From assembly GCA_903813345.2 (NCBI GenBank), contig CAIIXF020000001.1, positions 20,212,001 through 20,276,000 of the forward strand: a stretch of DNA of 64,000 nt, written 5' to 3'. Below are positions 59,501-64,000 of this stretch, piece by piece. The DNA is from Owenia fusiformis. Its lineage: Eukaryota. Made by a program: the position numbers and the translations under genes. Below the pieces are notes generated by a model. The model ran no database searches. It saw only the letters and a list, made by a program, of their open reading frames with translations, and was not told the DNA's origin. Numbering within the stretch: position 1 is the first letter of the stretch; every line of letters begins with the position of its first letter.

Positions 59501-60822
59501 AACAAAAGAACTGATCAATATTTTGTTCACTTAAGGTGTACAATTTCTTAGCTCGTCACACATTCATGCAGGGAAGGATATTATTATTACAATTGAAGAT
59601 ATTCTATTTTTCTAGTATCTTCAGGCATTGAGTATGCAATGTAATATTGATTTCATTATTGTATAGGCCAAGAAAGTCTCACTTGTTTGAGGCTTGATTG
59701 ACAAGAGAGATATATCAGTTTTTGAGATCTTAGAAACTCAATCTACTAATTGCCTTCTCAATATTTTTTAATATTATCCCAAGTGTCATTTAAAAAAGGT
59801 ATTTCTCCCTCGACTTCACTGTACAGTATTTACACAAACAAATATGACAGAACAAACTCTATAAATTTCTGCTAATATTTAATACTTATTTGAAATTACA
59901 GATGTCTAAATGTTCAGTGACTGATTTCTCAGTTTCACAAAAATGTAAGATAATAAAAATCAGTATTTGTTCAAAATGTCTACCTTGCAAATGTTTTACC
60001 AAACAAATGAAAACTGGCTGTTGTCTAACTAATGCTTACAAGTATATCCATTTATGGTTGTTCATATTGGTAGTTTACATCATGACTATGAGTCTCAAAT
60101 CTTACTTTTGCTTTGTTTTGGAGAAATCAGATTTTTTGTCATCAAAATATCACATTTTTCATTATTTACAAGTCTGTTCATTTAATTTGTTACCAAATCA
60201 ATAATGTTTAGAAGTATCAATGCCAAAATGTTACTCACAAATTTATTTATGATTATATGTTCTTGAATAGATATTCATTTTTAACATTTTTGATTTAACA
60301 CATTCTGTTTGCAGTCAAACACAATCAACAACTTCATGTGCCAAATATCAAGTCTCCAGGCAGAGCTCAAGGCATTGTCTAAGGCCCAGTCAGACACCAG
60401 TCATATTGTCCTGCAGAGGGAGGATGAACTCTCAAAGAGCAGGAGGGAATATAGTGATCTTAAACAAAAATATCAGGTAGGTCCCTAGTTTTGGATGTCA
60501 TGAAAACCTCTGTCACTCAATCTATCCATCTCTCCATCCATTTAGCCAACATGTTTTGAATCTATGTCTCAGCAATAAGACAAATACCAGTGAACCAATT
60601 TTGTTACATTAACCAAGGCAAAGGGGGAAACCATTATTAAACCTAATGTATTGGAATCATTAAACGGAATATGATCAGCCTAAAACCATTGAAGTAAATG
60701 TAGTGTATAATTGATGACTTTATATCATTTTCAAGGAATCCTGTCATCGAGAGAAAGATTTAGAAAAGCGATGGCGGGAGACTGAAGACAAATTGTTAGA
60801 AGCCAGTAATGAATCTGTACAG
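5168..60822 (+). CDS. CCDC150: Coiled-coil domain-containing protein 150-like gene, 19 coding exons in window (~996 codons), 3' end beyond window
   Basis: All exons are GT-AG and phase-compatible. Motifs LKKNYESLVSRVCRTESVIQTLKMNL, KNKLAYDKGKLQ and LSRANTELRHKITELE are collinear with recalled CCDC150 ([54 protein letters not shown]). Confidence 0.88.
6065..6187 (+). CDS. CCDC150: CCDC150 coding exon 2
   Basis: NLTRELVK...SSTAK, AG/GT, phase 0-0. Confidence 0.85.
6530..6715 (+). CDS. CCDC150: CCDC150 coding exon 3
   Basis: VEYSAAAEDLK...EAERNE, phase 0-0. Confidence 0.87.
6819..7843 (-). mobile_element. Mariner-derived non-autonomous element with long TIRs and a transposase C-terminal remnant
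   Basis: TA-flanked CAGGGTGTCCAAGAAGTAACG TIRs (~190 bp). The minus strand at ~7159-7470 encodes LHWDNAPIH and YSPDLAPSDFYL (mariner catalytic motifs) with a frameshift between them. Confidence 0.88.
10173..10302 (+). CDS. CCDC150: CCDC150 coding exon 4
   Basis: VKSLSSDCTALRR...FNEN, phase 0-1. Confidence 0.82.
10845..10981 (+). CDS. CCDC150: CCDC150 coding exon 5
   Basis: KQKKIIEEMEE...EEKH, phase 1-0. Confidence 0.82.
11056..11575. mobile_element. Repeat with a long subterminal palindrome (Crypton-like non-autonomous element, tentative)
   Basis: Hairpin ~11065-11205 centred on GAGCGAAGCGA. Similar architecture at 24510-24645 and 53640-53710. Confidence 0.4.
11938..12045 (+). CDS. CCDC150: CCDC150 coding exon 6
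   Basis: STQGQLEHEN...ETQLV, phase 0-0. Confidence 0.8.
12286..12395 (+). CDS. CCDC150: CCDC150 coding exon 7
   Basis: AAKEKV...FQQL, phase 0-2. Confidence 0.8.
12629..12806 (+). CDS. CCDC150: CCDC150 coding exon 8
   Basis: EKLQGELNE...LLDE, phase 2-0. Confidence 0.83.
14950..18633 (-). pseudogene. LINE B ORF2 (hydrophobic leader, 2A-like motif, APE endonuclease, RT, C-terminal Cys/His motif) with one in-frame stop
   Basis: GLCET, GDFNA and SDH (APE); NYRPISLL, VPQGS and YADD (RT). A single TAA at 16549-16551 sits in an otherwise continuous frame (KMY*HLIENNLLYKYQSG). Confidence 0.9.
18907..19944 (-). CDS. LINE B ORF1 (coiled coil + L1 ORF1/Transposase_22-type RRM)
   Basis: 345 aa with motifs QYSRKDLIRIHGIKE, IEIAHRV, PRSIIVRL and IRIYEDLS, typical of non-LTR ORF1 proteins. 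Confidence 0.85.
   Translation of the reverse strand: MSTQPSIINFMPKVATSTPKIFQDGVVRDMTFSAVPNESTMSVEEQEQPTKRGKSNSGRSIHDPENIPNTGSPYASAEEDNIDVVSMSGMEKLFKKFEQRFENNLESFVNKVLDERVIKPLIKLENKYDSQIESLISENVKLKKAHEDLSIKLNQVILQSNHNSQYSRKDLIRIHGIKETADEKSDSKNLQHCVSALCNELSSTKLSDSLTAADIEIAHRVPGNPSPSSDKPRSIIVRLKSRHVRDSLLKNRSLLKGTPIRIYEDLSPMNRALLKQLELHPSIVNHWSDHGKILGKTANGAIRAFNVVDDIAGIISDMEKLPIVQSQIHRSRQQRVPPASTASTS
21110..21271 (+). CDS. CCDC150: CCDC150 coding exon 9
   Basis: INQAVDSMTEER...VEQTQ, phase 0-0. The AAG acceptor is weak. Confidence 0.8.
21443..21634 (+). CDS. CCDC150: CCDC150 coding exon 10
   Basis: NSQQQIEK...KNKLAYDKGKLQ...KYTK, phase 0-0. Confidence 0.87.
22044..23150. mobile_element. Mariner-type non-autonomous element, ~200-bp TIRs
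   Basis: TA|CGAGGGGTGATCAATAAGT ... ACTTATTGATCACCCCTCG|TA. Confidence 0.88.
23265..23456 (+). CDS. CCDC150: CCDC150 coding exon 11
   Basis: SQSDYNAAN...DGREKQK, phase 0-0. Confidence 0.83.
23718..24650. mobile_element. Repeat with a long subterminal palindrome (Crypton-like, tentative) hosting a mariner MITE
   Basis: Hairpin 24510-24645 (AAATATTGAATTCTGTG ... CACAGAATTCAATATTT). Boundaries approximate. Confidence 0.4.
23872..24137. mobile_element. Small mariner-type MITE
   Basis: TA|CGAGGGTATATCATAAAGTTCTCATAATATCTCTCTAATTTT with a matching inverted end |TA. Confidence 0.85.
25043..25212 (+). CDS. CCDC150: CCDC150 coding exon 12
   Basis: IVNLERNLLESKED...LKNE, phase 0-2. Confidence 0.87.
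25520..25613 (+). CDS. CCDC150: CCDC150 coding exon 13
   Basis: NLSQNSLRQMQTE...ETTE, phase 2-0. Confidence 0.83.
25756..27048. mobile_element. Transib-like non-autonomous element (CAC termini, 5-bp TSD)
   Basis: Perfect 44-bp TIR CACGGTGTATAACCCAAACGCTCCTACATGCACGACGGAGCGTT. TSD GTAAA at 25751-25755 and 27049-27053. Confidence 0.85.
27385..27554 (+). CDS. CCDC150: CCDC150 coding exon 14
   Basis: ITPLREALETCKSDN...TISA, phase 0-2. Confidence 0.87.
27798..27924 (+). CDS. CCDC150: CCDC150 coding exon 15
   Basis: KNEQDTMKQE...KEVVE, phase 2-0. Confidence 0.85.
28120..31924 (+). mobile_element. LINE D: 5'-truncated L1/Tx1-clade retrotransposon, ORF2 interrupted by a MITE
   Basis: RIDYIF..TDH (end of APE), GFWKLN, FRPISL, GLRQGCPLS, YADD, and C-terminal CKFC..H..C. 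Poly(A) at ~31890-31924. Candidate TSD GTTGAT at 28114-28119 and 31925-31930. Confidence 0.9.
30859..31396. mobile_element. P-superfamily-like MITE (CATG termini, ~31-bp TIR, 7-bp TSD)
   Basis: TIR CATGGGCTTTCAACTAGAAGGGTA(T/G)GCAACT. TSD GTCTGAT at 30852-30858 and 31397-31403. Removing it and one TSD restores LINE D ORF2 (INWSD|IWKMIQ). Confidence 0.85.
32307..32501 (+). CDS. CCDC150: CCDC150 coding exon 16
   Basis: VKRQLDELCSKN...KTYK, phase 0-0. Confidence 0.87.
35225..35293 (+). CDS. CCDC150: CCDC150 coding exon 17
   Basis: SLSNEIDELERAKQEYIKKNEDQ, phase 0-0. Confidence 0.83.
35266..35610 (+). repeat. 49-bp minisatellite x7 spanning the exon 17 3' end and splice donor
   Basis: Unit AATATATCAAGAAGAATGAAGAYCAG|GTAGGCCACATTTCAATTTTCAG. 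GT at 35294, 35343, 35392, 35441, 35490, 35539 and 35588. Confidence 0.95.
36122..37900 (-). CDS. Receptor exon 16 (cytoplasmic tail with repeats, stop)
   Basis: Acceptor TTTTCAG at 37901, ENSKFG...VVTFL*, phase 0. Confidence 0.82.
   Translation of the reverse strand, partial: ENSKFGASTEMTDISIDNDKLNHNDSRAITAIKPEHELMANLPGLVNDNGYVIQIGSNECRQPCTGKPIHPETSKNGSKPKAKVNVKQAINPDTGHVENELPNSKTQSDAKHEFSLNPDTGYVENELPNTKTQRDVKHEFSLNPDTGYVENELPNAKTQRDVKHEFSLNTDTGYVENELPNTKTQSDAKHEFSLNPDTGYVVNELPNTKTQRDVKHEFSLNPGTGYVENELPNTKTQSDAKHEFSLKPDTGYVENELPNTKTQSDAKHEFSLKPDTGYVENELPNTKTQSDAKHEFSLKPDTGYVEKKLPNTKTQSDAKHEFSLKPDTGYVENELQNTKSDAKHEFSLNPDLGYVENKLLPNIRSQSDAKHDFLLNTDTDCVENELPNTKTQNDSKHEFSLNADTGYVENELPNTKTQNDSKHEFSLNTDTGYVENELPNTKTQIDAKHEFSLNPDTGYVENELPNTKIQSDAKHDCFENEIPNQNTQSHTSQNITSSVSDDQHPDYVDHNENVKKNQDYIDKNGPQTPSYVDHNAAILNLGYMDHKKDVALTQGCVDHSTDVAKSTGYVDHKAAVVETPDYVDHDTVVTFL
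36122..53560 (-). CDS. Domeless/gp130-like type I cytokine receptor (signal peptide, Ig-like, cytokine-binding module, 3 further FN3, TM, long Tyr-repeat tail); 16 exons, ~1314 aa; nested in a CCDC150 intron
   Basis: Sixteen GT-AG exons join in phase with no stop (3945 nt). Motifs: GYLPEKPHNIEC..SWQPG...TNVT (gp130 D2-like), GLVPFTNYTIEV, YWC..C.G.L.W and SSGIQWAKC (Domeless-like), plus a single TM helix. Confidence 0.85.
36470..37630 (-). repeat. Coding tandem repeat, 78 bp (26 aa) x15
   Basis: Consensus NPDTGYVENELPNTKTQSDAKHEFSL. Length variants are -6 and +3 nt, which preserve the frame. Confidence 0.95.
38349..38465 (-). CDS. Receptor exon 15
   Basis: VPYFTSP...DHRPM, phase 0-0. Confidence 0.72.
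38633..38675 (-). CDS. Receptor exon 14 (basic juxtamembrane)
   Basis: LLIKQEKKTKQLIS, phase 2-0. Confidence 0.72.
38888..38981 (-). CDS. Receptor exon 13 (transmembrane helix)
   Basis: GPGLKPWMTALIVIVGFFFFGLVCLGIYFII, phase 1-2. Confidence 0.85.
39272..39424 (-). CDS. Receptor exon 12 (FN3)
   Basis: IEGLQGGAFYSLTLEAVTKHGKGP, phase 1-1. Confidence 0.85.
39633..39782 (-). CDS. Receptor exon 11 (FN3)
   Basis: PPREHPLNVIVE..SLQVHW..C..YDGIVQHYMIRYC, phase 1-1. Confidence 0.83.
40047..40438 (-). repeat. 76-bp minisatellite x5 spanning the 3' end and splice donor of receptor exon 10
   Basis: Repeated GGAATCCAGT...GATGAA(C/T)|GTAAGG. Intact GT at 40398, 40322, 40246 and 40170; mutated at 40094. 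Confidence 0.93.
40399..40555 (-). CDS. Receptor exon 10
   Basis: GDLQWQTL...YLFGLS...SSGIQWAKCLY, phase 0-1. Confidence 0.85.
40866..41002 (-). CDS. Receptor exon 9
   Basis: IQHPMTW...FEW...TAYWCHRAPGDKCQ, phase 1-0. Confidence 0.83.
41118..41417 (-). CDS. Receptor exon 8 (FN3)
   Basis: VPGGIP...VTIYWQ...WNG...HKANK, phase 1-1. Confidence 0.85.
41780..46681 (+). mobile_element. LINE C: CR1-group element with a ~900-nt leader, no visible ORF1, and a 2A-containing ORF2
   Basis: 8-bp TSD ACATCCCA at 41772-41779 and 46682-46689. AATAAA plus poly(A) at ~46667-46682. Confidence 0.9.
42688..46456 (+). pseudogene. LINE C ORF2 (3-TM leader, 2A, APE, RT, Cys/His motif) with one +1 frameshift at ~44955-44962
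   Basis: GDIESNPGP at 43117-43143; ALCES, GDFNA, SDH; NYRPV, GVPQGS, FADD; CQCG..H..CP. The frame changes in TTAAAAAACACTA. Confidence 0.9.
47203..47362 (-). CDS. Receptor exon 7 (WSXWS-position exon)
   Basis: ITGLVPFTNYTIEVIVRA..GYPSSSSQVMTKTPED, phase 0-1. Confidence 0.87.
47595..47731 (-). CDS. Receptor exon 6
   Basis: EPDPVIAKATPINSTCIYVNW...SKWDKNK, phase 1-0. Confidence 0.87.
47903..48078 (-). CDS. Receptor exon 5
   Basis: CENCNRQAACPW...AACKV...FEVSIANKL...NPQTF, phase 2-1. Confidence 0.82.
48504..48633 (-). CDS. Receptor exon 4
   Basis: YLPEKPHNIECKMRNWNGLLEFSWQPG...TNVTTFVTW, phase 1-2. Confidence 0.85.
48824..49028 (-). CDS. Receptor exon 3 (Ig-like, C-terminal half)
   Basis: YVTVVNNHTAFLSV...HNC...TLIG, phase 0-1. 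Confidence 0.82.
49491..49627 (-). CDS. Receptor exon 2 (Ig-like, N-terminal half)
   Basis: IIADP...VGGNLNLTCII...DITFE, phase 1-0. Confidence 0.8.
50487..52611. mobile_element. Helentron-associated (HINE/DINE-like) element with an internal satellite array
   Basis: Inserted inside a T6 run with no TSD (checked against the intact left arm of the host). 5' palindrome GTCACCACCAAAAGTGGTGAC, CGGCGTC microsatellite and 3' subTIR GGTGGTGAC. Confidence 0.8.
50630..52550. repeat. ~135-150-bp tandem satellite, ~14 units
   Basis: Unit AAAATCATCTACATGTTCTCAGAAATTCAAATCTGACTT...TGACCTTCAATGACCTTCTCAAGGTCAAAAAAGGTCA...CAACTTGCTTCAAATTGACT. Confidence 0.95.
53491..53560 (-). CDS. Receptor coding exon 1 (putative signal peptide)
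   Basis: MTLMQKVFILQMILEVVQGLTKG, phase-1 GTGAGT donor. An upstream acceptor at 53612 implies a further 5'UTR exon. Confidence 0.62.
54458..54886. mobile_element. Short copy of the same Helentron-type family (~2 satellite units)
   Basis: Same GTCACCACC...GGTGGTGACATTTTGTCATGTTAATGCCTTGT ends. Degenerate relatives lie near 27967, 32132, 32663, 38021 and 41608. Confidence 0.75.
58054..59396. mobile_element. Tc1/pogo-type MITE with nested insertions
   Basis: TA|CAGTAGAACCTG..AAGTGGAACACC ... GGTGTTCCATTTAGCAGGTTCTACTG|TA. A shorter relative lies at ~53290-53430. Confidence 0.8.
58474..58721. mobile_element. MITE with 9-bp TSD (Mutator-type signature)
   Basis: CATCCTCC...GGAGGATG with long imperfect arms. 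TSD ATTTGGTTT at 58465-58473 and 58722-58730. Confidence 0.75.
60315..60476 (+). CDS. CCDC150: CCDC150 coding exon 18
   Basis: SNTINNFMCQISSLQAELKAL...QKYQ, phase 0-0. Confidence 0.87.
60736..60822 (+). CDS. CCDC150: CCDC150 coding exon 19
   Basis: ESCHREKDLEK...LLEASNESVQ, phase 0-0. Confidence 0.85.
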
Positions 60823-63800
60823 GTATGATTTAATCATGTTAAACATGAATGAAATTCAGTTAAAAGCGATCGTGACCTTGTTTTGTTTTTGTGGGTCATC
60901 ATTTGGAATCATTGATGAACATTATTTATTTGCTTCATCTTATTAATTGCTACCCTTTGCATTCGTTCATCTTCACTTCTTAAAAGAGAACTTTGTCTTC
61001 ACTCTTTCAGTTTACAATAAATCTCTGATCTCACCGAGCCAATCAGAGTTTGTTGTTGAAATACGGACAACTCTTTATTTATGGTCATTTCTTCTGACAT
61101 TATCACATAGTTATGCACCATTCAAAAGTTTGCGCGAGGTCTCCCCACGCAGGCATGAATGGGGAATTTGGAGCAATAAATATTATTTGAAATCTATTTT
61201 TGAACATCAGATATCCTTGTTAGTAGACTAATGCTCGTGAATGTTGAGGGATCAGATTAGATACACCATAGCTATATGGTCATAAGATTCTTTGCGGAAA
61301 GTCTACTTCACATGCTACAACTAATTTATGAATGAAAATTTTGCTTACAATTTACATATAACCAATAGAGAAGCAGCTTCTAAATGATGCAATTACCTGC
61401 GAAATTAAAAGCCAATGAATACAGTCCATTTTATGATGTTTTCGCAAATTGCCTGAAAGTTTTGACAAAAACGAGCCGAGAGGGACATGGTTTTACTATT
61501 TGTTTGTATCTACAAAAGTGGAGAACATACCTGTATGAACAATCATTTTTTGTGGAATGGGCGGGGGGATTTCTGAGTTTGATGGGTACAAACCAGGAAC
61601 AAATCCACATCGTAGTAATTCTTGAAAGGTCTCTTGTAATTTATGCAATGACGTATCTTAAGATATTGGCTTTTTATCTTAATAGGTTACTTCCCTCCAT
61701 TTTATTTTATTATCTATATCACATTAATTAAATTAGAATTTTTTCGAACGTAAAATTTTCCAAAAATTTATTTTAAATTAAATTAATCATCTATATTAAA
61801 TCTATTGAATAATGACAAGCTTATAAATATAAGTAGAACTCGGATGTGCAATTTTTCGAAGGGAGGGCGAAAACAAGCTTGACACCAATAATTACGACAC
61901 TGTAGTATTATTCTACAAATCCTCTCTCCAGCAGTTATTCTCGGCAATACCACCCCTGAAACTACACCCAACGTGAGATGAGTTATTTTCTTCTGTTCCT
62001 GATATGAGGGATCATTATTTCACTGAATATACAGATCATATGCAAATCCCGAAAATCCTAAAGTGTATACTGGACGAAACAGTTTCAGTCAAAAATCCCA
62101 ATTCCCGGGCACATGTAAATCAAATTCCGCACCCCGGGACGACAATCTTTGTCAAATTCCTACCCACTTTGTCAAATTCCTACAAACTTTTGAATGGTGC
62201 ATTAATGAGCATTAGTAGAGGTGTCACACTGACCCAATGACGACCCGAATCTCAGGTCAGAAGGTCTGGGCCGGGTCGGGTCACAAACAGCTACTTACCA
62301 ATTTCGGGTGGGGCCGAATATTCATTATCGTTTATTTTTGTAAAATGCTTTATATTCCCAGTAAAGTTTTCGAACTTCTAGCTGGCCTATTTCTTGTATA
62401 CATATTCACAGGCTGGTATCGAAAAAATTGTCCGCTGTGATGGAGCGTGCTATTTTGCATAGAAACACTAGAAAATCCACACAATTTATTTTTTTACTCG
62501 TACGTATTGCTATATCAAAAAAATTACCTACTCCATGCAATGGATATATCATTTGCCTGTAACTTTAACTTCTGTTTGAAGTCCAACAACGCTAGGAGTA
62601 AAAGTTTTTGAAAACGGCGTCCGAGTATCATACTCCAAAATGTACCATTTCTTTTATTTCTTTTTAATGGTACAATATAATGACACAATAATATTTACAT
62701 ATGTTTTCAGCATAACTCTGAAGGTATTAATGAGATCTAGATGTATTGGTTATTTCTATTTTTTTAAATAAAAAATAATGTTTAAATTTTTTGTCGGCTG
62801 TGACGGAGCACTTTCAAATCTGAAATACGTTAAGAATTTAATTGCAAATTATATCTTTTACAACTACTTAGAGGAGCGAACGTTTCATATCTCTTTCGTA
62901 ATGTATTCCGAAAGATTAAACGTAATAAAAGTACACAATTCAAATTCTGAGATGTATATATACTACCAGCTTTTTTCTCAGTTTTTTTCTCAGCCGGCGT
63001 TTCAGTTGAGGAAATCTAGTCAAAGCACTAGAACATTTTGCATAGTTATCTTGACACTATAAAGACACCATGACACTTAAGACATCAGTTTAAATATGAA
63101 CTTACAGTTAAAGAGTGTATTAGTACGTGTAACACATATTTAAAATGAGTATAGTTCAATTGTTAAAGATATTGCTGTGTTACTATCTACTAGAAATATA
63201 TATGCTTGCGTCAAATATATTTTGCATCAGAAATACAAAGTTATAATCAATTACGAGGACTCATGTTTTGGACTAACATGTATATCTACCCTTTTTATTG
63301 GCTCACACAGTGAGCCTATGGGATTGACCAGGCGTTCCCAAGTTCGCCCGGTTTCCGAGAAATTGCGGATTTTGACGTCAAAAAGTCAAATTTTCTGTAA
63401 ATACTAGACACTTTGTTGAAGTAGAACTTTCAAATAACTTTTAGTAGTTGGTGTATATGCAACTTATGTCCTCTGAAGATTTCAAAGCTCTCGGAATTAC
63501 GGTTTTTGGTTTTTACTCTATAAAATTTGAAAAAAAGTAGGACTTAGTCATTTTCAGGAAACTTTCTCATGTATAAAGTCAATGGCAGGTTTTGTGATTG
63601 ACAAGATTCTTAAAGTTTGCCTTATACTTGATCATTTCCTGCAATAAATTACATCATTAATAGATTCAAGCATTCCCTACATATTTCTCAATATATGTCA
63701 GCATCAAATTTCTACGGTTTTTGAGATATTTGACGTCAAAAAACAGTAAAAATAAGTTATTTTTCAACTTGCTTCAATTTGACCAAATATTTTTTTGAAA

Positions 63801-64000
63801 ATCATCTACAAGTTGCCAGGAGTTCAAATCTGACATTAGTTCTAGGATTTGACCTTTACCTGACCTTCAGTGACCTTCAAAAGGTCAAAAAAGTTGATTT
63901 TTCAAATTGATTTTTGGTATAAATTTTGGTCAGCTTAATCACAAAAGACCTTACTGAGCTCTGAATAAGTAAAATTTTCAAGGTCAAAGGTCATCAAACT

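Noticed and set aside
60900-63300. Short ORFs and possible further CCDC150 exons
   Set aside because: None matches the expected next CCDC150 segment. The region looks like intronic repeat debris whose ends I could not define.
63307-63313. Exact CACAGTG heptamer as the left end of a Transib/RAG-like element
   Set aside because: No partner TIR or TSD is visible inside the window, and a lone 7-mer is expected by chance.

Overview
AT-rich eukaryotic genomic DNA, probably a lophotrochozoan-type invertebrate (inferred from gene and repeat content). There are three spliced host genes. (1) The first coding exon of MED26 lies on the minus strand (1228-1290), head-to-head with CCDC150. (2) A CCDC150-like coiled-coil gene on the plus strand has 19 coding exons (5168-60822, about 996 codons) that I could join in phase; it continues past the window. 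(3) A complete 16-exon, about 1314-aa Domeless/gp130-like type I cytokine receptor is nested antisense in the 25-kb intron after CCDC150 coding exon 17. Its cytoplasmic tail carries 15 tandem 26-aa tyrosine-motif repeats. The introns hold many young, often nested mobile elements. Three are CR1-group LINEs, one inserted cleanly inside another, and two of them start ORF2 with a shared 3-TM leader ending in a 2A/StopGo-type motif. There are also an L1/Tx1-type LINE, mariner, pogo, hAT-like, Transib-like and P-like MITEs (including an apparent P-type excision footprint), and a Helentron-type element carrying a satellite array. Homology calls come from recalled family motifs, not database searches. 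No tRNA, rRNA or CRISPR array was seen.
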